A stretch of 64,000 nt of DNA from Sphyrna mokarran (GCA_024679065.1 JAGIQG010000011.1:6758001-6822000), one strand, 5' to 3'. Positions 26,600-38,797 are shown, counted from the first letter of the stretch. Numbers and translations: made by a program. Notes: generated by a model not told the origin, from the letters alone.

Positions 26600-27252
26600 T
26601 CATGCCCCTATCTACATCAGTAGGAACAAAGTAGAAAGGTTGAGAGCTTCAAGTTTTTAGGTGTCTAGGCCACCAACAACCTGTCCTGGTCCCCCCCATG
26701 CCAAAACTATAGTTAAGAAAGCCCATCAACATCTCTACTTTCTCAAAAGACTAAGGAAATTTGGCATGTCAGCTATGACTCTCACTAGCTTTTACAGATG
26801 CACAGTAGAAAGCATTCTTTCTGCTTGTGTCACAGCTTGGTATTGGCTCCTGCTCTGCCCAAGACTGTAAGGAACTACAAAAGTTGTGAATGTAGCCCAA
26901 TCTGTTATGCTAACCAGCCTCCCATCTACTGACTCTATCTACACTTCCTGCTGCTTTGGCAAAGCAGCCAGCCTGGACATTCTTTCTTCACCTTCTTCCG
27001 TCGGGAAAAACATACAAAAGTCTGAGGTCACGTACCAAGCGACTCAAAAACAGCTTCTTTTCTGCTGCCATCAGCCTTTTGAATGGACTGACTTTGCTTA
27101 ATTTGATCTTTCTCTAGCTATGACCCTAGCACTACATTCTGCACTCTCTTATTTCCTTCTCTATGAATGGTATGTTTTGTCTGTATAGTGTGCAAGAAAC
27201 AATACTTTTCACTGTATGTTAATACATGTGGCAATAATAAATCAAATCAAAG
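26600..27252 (+). mobile_element. Rex1/Babar-like LINE 3' fragment (a second stub at about 48495-48665)
   Basis: KKAHQHLYFLKRLRKFGMS...FYRCTVESILS...TAWY; ends aataataaatcaaatcaaa. Confidence 0.8.
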
Positions 27253-27567
27253 TCTTCCCTGGGATAGTTATCTATTTAAAACATAAATACAGCTTCTGTG
27301 TTTTGTAATTTACTCAGTTGTATCTGACCAGTTTCCTTAACTCTGTGTCACTCAGTGTTTCAAAGTTGTTACTTACTCAAGACCAGATCACTTGGGGTCT
27401 TGTAATGGACTTCCACTCACTTTGGTGGTTTCCTCAACTTTTAAGTCTGAACCCAAACTTCCTGAACTGCTCCTTCAGTTTTTCTTATCAGCTGCATGTC
27501 TCTGGTCAGGCTTTGGTTCTTTTTAATTTTTCATATGTTGGAGATTCTATTTTGAGTTCATTAATTT

Positions 27568-28822
27568 AGGAAGCGTGGTTAAAAAGTTTGCAAATGTCAC
27601 CAAGATTGGTGGCATAGTGCAAGTGAAGAAGGTTATCTTGGATTGCAACGGGATCTTGATCAGTTGGGCCAGTGGGCTTGATGAATGTCAGATAAAATTT
27701 AATTTAGATAAATGTGAGGTGATACATTTTGGTAGATTGAACCAGGATTTACTCAGTTAATGTTAGGGCGTTGAGGAGAGTTATAAGACAAAGGGATCTA
27801 GTTCCTTGAAAGTGGAGTTTACAGGTGGATAGAGTGGTGAAGAAGGTTTTCGGCCTGCTTGGTTTCATTGGTCAGAACATTGAATACAGGAGTTGGGACA
27901 TTGTACAAAGCATTGGTAAGGCCACACTCAGAATGCTATGTATACAGCCCTGGTCACCCTATTATAGAAAGGATATTATTAAACTAGAAAGAATGCAGAA
28001 AAGATTACTAGAGTGCTATCCTGACTTGTTGCTTTGAATTATAAGGAGAGGCTGGATAAACTGGAACTTTTTTTCCCTGGAATGTAAAAGGAGTGATCTT
28101 ATAGAGGTCTATAAAATAATGAGGGGCATAGATCACCTAGACAGTCAATACCTTTTCCCAAAGGTAGGAGGGTTAAAACTAAAGGGCATAGGTTTAAGGT
28201 GAGAGGGAAGAAATGCAAAAAGATGCAGAGGGGAGAAATCAAAAAGGTGCAGAGGGGCAATTTTTCACCTACTGGAGGATACATTTCTCACTATCTATCC
28301 TGTCCTCTCCATCAAAAAATCAGTCAGCACTATGCTGACTTCCAATCTGACTGCCTCTCATTGATAATACACCAGGAGCAGTCTTAATAAGTAAATAGTT
28401 GGACTTTTGCCCTTCTTAAACAGAAGACCCACCTTGAAATCTATTGGCCAAATTGATTTTCAACTAGCTTGCTAGTTCCAGCAGTACCAGAACACAATAA
28501 GCGGCCACTGCTGGCACTGAGTCATGAGAACTGAAGGTAGACTCTGGATTTCAGGTAAGTTCAGGTGTTTAGGCTGGGGACATTTCCGTGACCCAGGAAG
28601 ATGGGTGGTGAATGTCTGGAAAAAGCTGCCAGAGGCAGTAATAGAGGTGGGTACAATTTTGTCTTTTAAAAAGCTTTTGGACAGTTACATGGGTAAGATG
28701 GGTATAGAGGTATATGGGCTAAATGTGGGCAATTGGGACTAGCTTAGTGGTTAAAAGAAGGGATGGCATGGACATATTGGGCTGAAGGGCCTGTTCCAAT
28801 GGTGTAAACCTCTCTGACTCTA
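27568..28822 (+). mobile_element. CR1-like LINE 3' fragment split by a foreign segment at about 28270-28600
   Basis: KFANVTKIGG, FNLDKCEVIHFG, WSPYYRKDIIKLE; resumes VVNVWKKLPEAV after about 28600. Confidence 0.85.
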
Positions 28823-30388
28823 CTTGTATGCCACGTTTCATACCACCACTGATCATCATGTTGTGTTATGGATTCATATGATGTCTCAAAGATATATGTC
28901 ATCTTTAAACATGAACACTTTATTGTTTATCTTTAACTATACACAAGTCCCAGTTTACTGTCATAAACAGTGTTGCTGTGCAGATTGATTCTTTCTAGAA
29001 TGCTCTGAAAGTCTATAACCGTGTACCCTCATACATCATTACGTGGGCAATGCTGTTCTCCAATCCCACATTAATCCTCGCTCTGCCAAGCATCTTTACA
29101 TTGCAATGGCATTCAGACACATGCAGCATCCATGGCAGTAATGCGTTTGACTGGGAAGCGGGAAAACCAAGTAAAACAAGAAAGCAATTATCTCCTTTAG
29201 GGATATGACCCTTGTGCCTTTTGTGAGCAGTGCCCTCAGGCCACCCCCCTGCTTCTCTCCTTGATTGCTAAAACCAGGACACCCGCAACACCTTCCACTC
29301 AATTTCTTCCTGAGGTCACAAAGATGACTCCAGCCTAAACACCTGGATTTACCTGAAGTCCAGAATCTATTTTCCGTTCTTGGACTCATAGTACCAGCAG
29401 CGTCTAAGACTGCACTGGTGTACGATCAATGAGAGACAGTCAGGTTTGAAGTCAGCATGGTGCTGACTGATTTGATGGAGCAAAGAAGGTGGGTAATAAG
29501 CAATGTGTCCTCCAGTAAAATTGCCCAGCTATGTCTACTGGTTCTCCATCATCCACAGAGTTTGTTATATCCTCAAAGAACTTGACTATATTTGTCAAAC
29601 ACAATTTCCCTTTCATAAAAACATGTTGACTGTGGCTAATTGTAAATGTCTAAATGTCTTGCCACTACTTAATAACAGATTACACCAATTCCCCAGTTGC
29701 AGATGTTAGGCTAACTAGCCTATAGTTTCCTGTTTTCAGTCTCCTTTCTGTTTTGAATAGAGATATTTCATTGTATATTCCTATCTGCATTCTTTGCAGA
29801 TTCTATAGTATTTTGGAAGATTATATCTAGAACATCCACAATCTCTACATCCCACTTCTTTTAAGATCCTAAGATACACAGCACCAGGTCTAGGGGACTT
29901 GTCAGCCTTTAGTCCTATAGATTTGTCATGTATTTTTTTCTCTAATGATTATTATTTTAATTTTATCTCTTTTGCCCCTTATTTTCTATTCTTATTAGGA
30001 TGCTTCTTTTGCCAAGATAGCTGCACGTTATTTATCTGTCATTTTCTTATTTCCCCTTATTAATACCCAAGTTTCATTCTCTTAAGGGACTGATAATCAT
30101 TTCTGCTAATCTCTCCTCATTTAGAGACTTGTAGTTCTTACTGTTTATATTACTTGCTAGTTCATCTCATAATCTTTTTTCTACTTCATTATTTTTTGAG
30201 TCATTTTTGCTAATTATTAATATGCTCAGAACTCTCCTGCTAATATTTATAGCATTTGTACACTTTTTTTTGCAACTTGATACCATCCATTGTTAGATAT
30301 GGATAGTTCATCCTTCTCAAAGCCTTTCTTTCTCAAAGGAATATATCATTGTTGAGAGTGGGGAAATATCCTCTGAAATCTCTACCTC

Positions 30389-31199
30389 TGTTTGTTTTTT
30401 TATATCATGTTCTCTGCAATTTGTAAACTTGTCTTTTGGTTTCATTGTGGCACTGGCTGTCTATTAAACATCCTTTTATTGCTGTTTCAATGGTGTAAAT
30501 GGGATTTTGTTTATTTTTACTCTGGGTCTCAGGTGCTTTCTGAGATTTGTTTTATGACCTTGCATTGTTAGGGAGAAGATTAGGTGTGTTTTAGACAGTT
30601 TCTGTTCTTAATGAATTCAAGATTTCACTTTCAGCTTTGAGGCTGCTAACTGCTGGTTTAGTTCGTAGCTGTCCTGGTTGTCAAGTGGAAAACAGTGTTT
30701 TTCTGCCCCCCCCCCCCCCCTGGTTTTGGAAATTCTGCTGGCTAGCTGGAAGCAAGGCTTCTGGCCTTCCTGGAGTAAAAGTTCTGTTGCTGGTGGCTCA
30801 CTAGTGTCTCTTTGGTGTTTTGGAAACATTCTGACTTCAAGCTTGTGTGTGTCTCTTAAGAGAGAACTTCGGTATCCAACCAAAGAACTAAGTTCCGGCA
30901 CCACGTAAGTATTCATATTTGTTGTGTTAAACCTGTGGCAAGGGTTTTAATTGTGAGATTTGTTTAGTTGGAATGGTTTTAGCTGTTAGGATTTATACAA
31001 TATCATCATTTTTTTCTTGTTTGTAATTAGTAAAAGTTATTGTTAATTTTCTTCCTATACACGTTAACTGTATTCTTAAACTTTGATCAAAGCTCCCTAG
31101 TGGGTCAGTTGAATCATACTCAAAGTGCTCATTCTAGTCAAATTCAAATTGCAAATCTGATGATCTAATATTGTGGTGTTTCTGACTTGAATTATAACA
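30389..31199. mobile_element. Probable solo LTR
   Basis: Non-CR1 block interrupting the old CR1; begins TG, ends ataaCA; flanks tacctc and taccac (6-bp TSD, one mismatch); contains a C15 run at 30706-30720. Confidence 0.55.
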
Positions 31200-32057
31200 T
31201 ACCACTGTTTGACTACCATCTTAACATTTTAAAAATACTTTTCCAGTCATCTCTTATCTTTAAATTGTTTTTATTTATACTTAAGGCTCTAGTTTCAGAC
31301 CCACGATTCTCATCCTCAAACTGAAATTTTTTCATCCTCTTCGCTAGAGAATACTTATGAATTCATTACTTAATTCTGTATCATTGCACATACCAGGTCT
31401 AAAATAACCTTTTCCCTCACTGGTTCCACAATGTTCCGAATACACATGTTCAACTCATCTTTAAAGGCAATGTTGCAATATTGAGTTGTTCAATCTGTGT
31501 GAAGATTGATGTTGGCCATGATTATTTTGTATTTTTCTTATATTTTTTGATTTGTAAACTCTCTCCTACAATGCAGCCACTCTAGACTACTCCTGCTGGC
31601 GATTTCTTACGATTGCTGCTTCTTAAACCCACCCAAACTGACTCTGTAACTTGATCTGCAGAGTAAGATCATTGCTCTCTGTTGTACTGATCTCATCCTT
31701 ATTTAGCAGAGCCACCCCACCTCCTTTTCCTTTTTACCTCCTTCCAAAGTGCCAAGTAGCTAAATATTCAGTTCACAGCCATAGTCATGTTGCAGCCTTG
31801 TCTTTGTAATGGCTGTCAAATCATTCCCATTTATTTCTATTTGTATCATCAATTCCTCTGTCTTGTTACAAATGCTGCATGCATTCAGATAATAAGACTT
31901 TAATTCTTAATTTTACCATTTTTCCTAACTCTGATCTGATTTCTTGGTGCACTGTTATGTTTTTGTTCTGATGTAGAGATGCCGGCGTTGGACTGGGGTA
32001 AACTCAGTAAAGTTTTACAACACCAATTTTAAATCCAACCAATCTATTTGATAGTAA

Positions 32058-32097
32058 ATTCACGAGCTTTTGACTCTATAGCCTTCGTCAGGCAAAT
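32058..32097 (-). ncRNA. Hammerhead motif copy with mutated GAAA box
   Basis: Reverse complement atttgc-ctgacga-aggctatagagtc-AAAA-gctc-gtgaat; GAAA changed to AAAA at a CpG. Confidence 0.65.
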
Positions 32098-34342
32098 GCA
32101 GTGTTCTGGTCTGCAGAGGCACTCATATCCACACAGACAGTTACAGATTGCTGATTAGAATGCAAATCCTTACATCTAACCTGCTATTCAAGTGTTAAAG
32201 TGGCTAACAATGTGTGTGAAGGGAATCCTGAGCATTGGTTACAGAATTGTGTATTTCCTCCAGACAGCACAGTAAGTGAGGTTTTTTGCTAACCCAGGCA
32301 AGTTACGGGGGTTACAGATAGTGTGTCATGAAGCCAAGATCCCTATTAAGACCATCCTCATTTGTGCGGAACTTGGCTATCAGTCTCTGCTCAGCAACTC
32401 TGCGCTGTCGTGTGTCACGAAGGCCCCCTTGAAGAACATTTACCCGCAGGTCGGAGGCCGAATGCCCATGACTGCTGAAGTGTTCGCCCACAGGAAGGGA
32501 ACTGTTTTGCCTGGTGATTGTTGAGCGATGCTCATTCATCCGCTGTCGTAGTGTCTGCATGGTCTCCCCAATGTACCATGCTTCGGGACATCCTTTCTTG
32601 CAACGTATTAGGTAGACAACGTTGGCCGAGTTGCAAGAGTATGTACCGTGTACCTGGTGAATGGTATCCTCACATTTGATGATGTCGTCCATGTCTATGA
32701 TCTGGCATGTCTTGCAGAGGTTGCTGTGGCAGGGTTGTGTGGTATTGTGGTCACTGTTCTCCTGAAGGTTGGGTAGTTTGCTGCGAACAATGATCTGTTT
32801 GAGGTTGTGCGGTTGTCTGAAAGCAAGAAGTGGGGGGGTGGGGATGGCCCTAGCGAGATGTTCATCGTCATCAATGATATGTTGAAGACTCCGGAGAAGA
32901 TGTCGTAGCTTCTCCGCTCCGGGGAAGTACTGGACAACAAAGGGTACTCTGTCCACCTTGTCCCGTGTTCGTCTTCTGAGGAGGTCAGTGCGGTTTATCG
33001 CTGTGGCACGTTGGAACTGTCGATTGATGAGTCGAGCGCCATATCCTGTTCTCACGAGGGCATCCTTCAGCGTCTGGAGGTGTCTGTCACGATCCTCCTC
33101 ATCTGAGCAAATTCTGTGTATACGGAGGGCTTGTCCATAGGGAATGGCTTCTTTAACGTGTCTAGGGTGGAAGCTGGAGAAGTGGAGCATTGTGAGGTTG
33201 TCTGTCGGTTTTCGGTACAGTGAGGTGCTGAGGTGACCGTCCTTGATGGAGATGCGTGTGTCCAAGAATGCAACTGATTCTGGAGAATAGTCCATGGTGA
33301 GTCTGATGGTGGGATGGAACTTGTTGATATCATCATACAGTTGTTTCAATGATTGTTCACCATGAGTCCAAAAGAGAAAGATGTCATCTTTCTATCTAGT
33401 ATAATGTATTTAGTATATAAGTTTGGTTGAAGATCTTATGTGGTGAAGAAGTCTTGTTCGAACCTGTGCATGAAGATGTTGGCATACTGAGGTGCGAATT
33501 TGGTCGCCGTGGCTGTTCCATGTGTCTGGATGAAAAGCTGATTGTTGAAGGTGAAGACATTGTGGTCCAAGATGAAGCGGATGAGTTGTAAAATTGCATC
33601 CGGAAACTGGCAGTTGTTGGCATTGAGTACTGAGGCAGTTGCAGCAATACCATCGTCGTGGGGGATGTTGGTGTAGAGCGCCGAGACATCCATTGTGACA
33701 AGGAGTGTCCCTGGTTCAACTGCTCCATGTGTGCTGAGTTTCTGTAGGAAGTCCGTAGTGTCAAGACAAAAGCTGGGGGTTCTTTGTACAATGGGTTTCA
33801 GGATGCCCTCGATATAGCTGGAGAGGTTCTCACACAGGGTCCCATTGCCCGATACGATAGGACGACCGGGTATGTTTGCCTTGTGTATCTTTGGGAGGTG
33901 ATGAATGAGCATCGCTCAACAATCACCAGGCAAAACAGTTCCCTTCCTGTGGGTGAACACTTCAGCAGTCATGGGCATTCAGCCTCCGACCTGCGGGTAA
34001 ATGTTCTTCAAGGGGGCCTTCGTGACACACGACAGCGCAGAGTTGCTGAGCAGAGACTGATAGCCAAGTTCCGCACACATGAGGACTGTCTTAATAGGGA
34101 TCTTGGCTTCATGACACACTATCTGTAACTCCCGTAACTTGCCTGGGTTAGCAAAAAACCTCACTTACTGTGCTGTCTGGAGAAAATACACAATTCTCTA
34201 ACCAATGCTCAGGATTCCCTTCACACACATTGTTAGCCACTTTAACACTTGAATAGCAGGTTAGATGTAAGGATTTGCGTTCTAATCAGCAATCTGTAAC
34301 TGTCTGTGTGGATATGAATGCTATTGTAGACCAGAACACTGC

Positions 34343-34382
34343 ATTTGCCTGACGAAGGCTATAGAGTCGAAAGCTCGCGAAT
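34343..34382 (+). ncRNA. Minimal type I hammerhead ribozyme motif in Penelope terminal repeat (core intact)
   Basis: AUUUGC-CUGACGA-A-GGCU-auag-AGUC-GAAA-GC-UC/GCGAAU: core boxes, 4-bp stem II, 6-bp stem I, palindromic AGCU stem III; predicted cleavage after 34376. Confidence 0.8.
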
Positions 34383-34449
34383 TTACTATCAAATAAATTG
34401 GTTGGATTTAAAATTGGTGTTGTAAAACTTTACTATGTTTTTGTTCTGT

Positions 34450-36040
34450 CATGGACATGTGCATCAGTGGCCAGGCCAGCATTTGGTGCCCATTCCTAAC
34501 TGTCCTTGAGAAGGTGGTAGTGAGTCATCATCTTGAACCACTGCAGATTATCTGGTGCGGGTACAGCGCTTTAAGAAGGGGCTTCCAAGATTTTGACAGC
34601 TATGGGGAAGGAAAGGCAATACAGCTCCATGTCGAGATGGTGAATGGCTTCGAGGGGAACCAGGATTTGGTGCTTCCCATGTATCTGCTGCCCTGTCCTT
34701 CTAGGTGGTAAAGGCCACAGATTTGGAAGGTACTGTCATGGAAGTCATGGCAAGGTTTAAATGTTTAAAGTGGATAGGAAGCTAATCAAGTGGGCAGCTT
34801 TGCCCTGGATGCTGTTGACTTTCTTGAAAGTCTTTGGAGCCACACAGTCAGGCATGTGAAAGCTATACCATCACAATTCTGACTTGTGCCTTGTAGATGA
34901 TGGACAGACTTTGGGGAAGCAGGAGGTGAATTAGTCCCCTCTTTATTTCCAACTTCTGATTTGTTCTTGTAACCACAGTATTTATTTAGTTGGCTAATAT
35001 GGATGTTGTTACTGGAAGATTCAGCAGTGGTAATGCCCTTATATGTCATGGGAGATGATTAGATCCTGGGATGGTCATTGCCTCACAGTTATTTGGCACA
35101 AACGTTACATGCTATTTATCAGCCCAAGCCTGAATATTGCCCATATTATTGTTGATTAAGTGCCACTTGATAGCATAGTTAATGTCACCTTCCATCACTT
35201 TGTTGGTGATGGAAAGGAGGCTGGTAAGGCAGTAATTGGCCAGATTGGATTTGGCCTGATTTTTGTGAATCCCTGTGTAATTTTTCGCATTGGAGCTGTA
35301 TGAGAACAGCTTTGCTAGGTGTGTGGGTAGTTCTGGAACATGTATTTTTGCAAATGCTATTGCTGGAATATTGTCAGGCTCATAGCCTTTATTGTATTTA
35401 TTGCCTTCATCCATTTCATGACTTCACATGGAGAGAATTGAATTGGTTGAAAATTGGCATTTGTGATACTTAGACCTTTGGACGAGGCTGAGATGGATTG
35501 TGAACTTGGCACTTCTGGTTGAAGGTGGTTATCTGTTGCACTGATGTGCTGGATTTCTTTATCAGTGAGCATGCTCCACCAGCAGTCATGACTGCTTTGG
35601 TAGGACTGCAGAGTTTTGATTTGATCTGTTGGTTATGGGAGCACTTACCTGGTCTGTTGTGTGCTGCCTCTGCTGCTTGACATCCATGTCATCCTGTGCT
35701 GTTGCTTCACCAGGTTGGTGCATCTAATGCTGCTCCTGGCATACTCCCCTGCACTCCTCATTGAACCAGAGTTGATCCCCTGGTTTGATCGTAATGGTGG
35801 ATTGAGAGATATGCTGATTTATGAGGTTACAGATTGTGGTTGAACACAATTTTACTGCTGCCAATAGCCCACAACTCCTCATGTGTCCAGCTTTGAGTTG
35901 CAAGATGTGTTTGAATCTTAGTGTTTGTATGCTCTGTCCTCTTGTCACACTCTGATTATCATTACTCATGAAGTGCCTCCCGTCCCCAGGGAGCAGCTCC
36001 CTCTTCTTCTGGTACTGGTACCAGTCCCTATGATTTGAAA
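34450..36040 (-). mobile_element. Old CR1/L2-group LINE fragment (related pieces about 57870-58175)
   Basis: Decayed ORFs TITIKPGDQLWFNEECR, PDNIPA...LAKLF...NLANYCLTSLLSITNKVMEG, NIQAWADK. Confidence 0.75.
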
Positions 36041-36405
36041 CCCATTTTTCCAACACTAATGCTTGGGTCAGGAAGTGGAAGCATTGCTGCTGAGTACTGT
36101 ATCTGATTCATGCTGGAAAACCGAGATGCACGGATGACAGGTGAGAAAAGAATTGGGCACAGCAGTGATCCAATTAATGGTTGAATGGCCTCCTGTTGTT
36201 CACAGGTCTTGCCTGTTTAATGGCTGCTCTGGGAAACAGTTACTTTATGAAAAACTCTGTGTTCAAGAGACAGAAATAGAATCATTGGCAGAAGCAAGAT
36301 ACACTTCTGTCAATTGCAGGCTGTGAATGTGTGAAAAATTCAGTTGTGTGTTACAAAGAAAAACAGTTTATTTTATTCCCTTTAATTGATTAAGCTAAGG
36401 GCTAA

Positions 36406-36570
<165 letters not shown>

Positions 36571-37229
36571 TAGAATGGAACATGTCACATAAACGAGGTG
36601 CATTAGGTCATGACATCTACAAACTTTGGGACTCTGCTCATACTGCAGGAAGATGAGTGCTTTTACTCTTCCATGTCTTGGCTTTGTTGTCAATTAACAG
36701 GACAGCATCACACTGTTTAAATCATTGGTATCATTTGGTATAGTGCATGGTTGGGTGCTCAACTAATAAGAATTACAAATACCTATCAAAGAGGATTCGT
36801 TTGAAGCAAGTCTCTCATGAGCGCTAAAGTAGTTTCTTAGCTCATTCAGGCTTTGAGCAGGGTGAACACATGGTTACGGGGATAGGATCTGGATAAGATC
36901 TCCTTTGGAGAAGAGTCAGTGCAGACTTGATGGACTGCCCAATCATTTTTATGTGATTCAATCTTCAGAAATTTGCATCACTACTAAGGTCAGTAGAGCA
37001 GACGGTGCCGTAATGGTTAGCATTGCTGCTTCATTGCTGGCCTGGGTCACTATTTGTGTGGAGTTTGCACATTCTCCCTGCGTCTGCGTGGGTTTCCTTT
37101 GGGTGTTCCGCTTTCCTCCCACAGTCCAAAGTTGTGCAGGTTAGGTGAATTAGCCATGCTAATTTCCTCCTTAGTGTCAGGGGAAATGTAGATTTCTTTT
37201 GGTAAAGTGTCACACAGAAGACATTTAAC

Positions 37230-38135
37230 AAAATGGGCATTTATGGAATTGAGCGAAAATTGGCAGTGTGAATACAGAATTCTGTCAGTGAGAGGAGGCA
37301 GAGGGAGGTGATAGATGTCAATCAGATTGGGGAAGTAGTTTGCAGTGGTGTTCTCCAGAATCAGTTGCTTTTTAGATTGTTTATAAAAATTAAATTAGAC
37401 TCAGCATTATGAAGTTTGTAAGTAATGTGAAACTTAGTAATGTAATAGGACAGTGATGAGGATAGTTGTCGACTTCCAGATGACAGTTAGAATGATGAAA
37501 TTAGCAGATGCAAGGCAGGTAGATTTCAGTGCAGCAGAATGTGAAATGAAGGCTAATATAGAAAGGCAGTATACTATATAATATTTTGAAAAGTGTAAAT
37601 GAACAGATAAATCTTGGTCCTTATAGGTAAATTCTTAAAGGTGGTTTGGCAAACTGATGTGGTTAAAAAAGCATACAATTATTTGCCTTTATAAATAGAA
37701 GCACCGGATGCAAAAGCAAAGAGCTCATGTTAAACTTTACAAATTACTTGTTCGCCTTAGCTGGAGAATGGCAGACTGAAGGTGAATAGATGACCTTAGA
37801 GAGGTATTCAAGATGATGAGAGGTTTAGATAAAGTGGTTGAAGAAAAATTATTCCATCTGACAAGAGACCCAGAGGTCATGGACTGAAAAACGTTTGCTC
37901 AAGATCTAGCAGGGAGATAAGTAGGATTTTAGTTATTCAGAGTTACTGGTATCTGGAGCTCGCTAAAGCCTGATGGAAGCAGATTCCATACATAATTTTA
38001 CATTAAGTTAGACGGATCTGTTGAAGATGAAGGATTACAGGGTTCTGGGCAAAGAGCAGGGGTGTGGTGCTGACAAAGAGTCGGCATGGCAATGAAAGTT
38101 GAAAGGCCTCCTCCTGAGCTTCAGCTTTCTATGAT
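37230..38135 (+). mobile_element. Heavily decayed CR1 fragment (similar debris about 16800-17525, 39290-39420, 40030-40200, 43860-44290, 45130-45520, 53240-54160, 56970-57620)
   Basis: Recognisable CR1 nucleotide motifs (gcagagggaggtgatagatg, ggttaaaaaagcatac, gaaaggcctcctcctg...ttctatgattc) without open frames. Confidence 0.65.
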
Positions 38136-38797
38136 TCTTTATAGGCCAGACTGCATAAGGATAACAGGTTTCCTTTCCAAAAGGACTTTTACTGAGGCAA
38201 GCTCTTTTTTATTTCCAGGTTTTGAATTCAAATTCTGAAGCCAGAATATGGATTTGAACTCATTCTCATAACCCATATTCTATCTGCCCTTGCATTCAGC
38301 TTAGCACAAGTATGAAGTCAGTCTTTTCCTTGATTTCATTCCACCAATATATCCCTATCTGCAAGTTATTGAGTCACAACTTATTAATTGAGCTCTGTAT
38401 GTATGAAGAATTGTTAAGCATATTTTATTTATTAATTTTTGTTCCAAAACATTTTCTCCTCCTCCCTCCTTCCCTGGATGATGTAGCATTTCCTGCTTGA
38501 TAGGAGGGAATTCAGTTTATTTGTCAGCATCACTATTGATAATCCTTCTTGTTAGTACTTCCCTCATTCTCCCCCACACTGGCCTCATCTGTCCTCCCTA
38601 TTAGTATCCATTCAGAAGCAGTCATCTCTTTCAGTGGTATGTCTGAGAATAAGAATCTGCCTGGTCAGACTTAATACTGTGCCCTACCACTGCACGCTCT
38701 GCCCATGCCATCTTTCCTTCTTAATTTCATTTGGTCTCTTTATCTGTTTTCGCCTTGTACGCCTAGAAATGATGTGGTCTTTTTCCTCTTCCTCTAG

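Larger units (their letters stand above)
23623..29137 (-). mobile_element. Old LTR retroelement (Gypsy-like), interrupted by later insertions
   Basis: Diverged direct repeats 23623-23887 and 28859-29137, both TG...CA and sharing tctttaactat, aatgctctga, agcatctttacatt; minus-strand PPT gagaagaaagggagt at 23888-23902; degenerate PBS-like tgatgatcagtggtggtat at 28840-28858. No TSD found. Confidence 0.75.
22084..31955 (-). mobile_element. Old, long CR1 LINE broken by nested insertions (pieces about 22084-23494, 29528-30388, 31200-31955)
   Basis: CR1 3' end near 22084-22145; RT-like sequence aaatccaaatacact (about 23490) resumes as ctatgtctactggttc (about 29529); decayed CR1-like sequence continues to the Penelope TSD. 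Confidence 0.65.
31971..34433 (-). mobile_element. Penelope-like retroelement (RT + GIY-YIG), 5'-truncated with inverted terminal duplication
   Basis: Minus ORFs 33436..33912 (RPIVS, LVTMDVSALYTNIP, QTHGTA..K.AP.YANIFM) and 32312..33349 (LYRKPT; GIY-YIG NVVYLIRC...YIGET...RMNEH); arms about 32006-32540 and 33900-34434; exact 15-bp TSD tatgtttttgttctg at 31956-31970 and 34434-34448. Confidence 0.95.

Noticed and set aside
33784-34128. Separate plus-strand gene (114-aa ORF)
   Set aside because: It is the inverted duplicate of the Penelope GIY-YIG C-terminus fused to antisense RT sequence.
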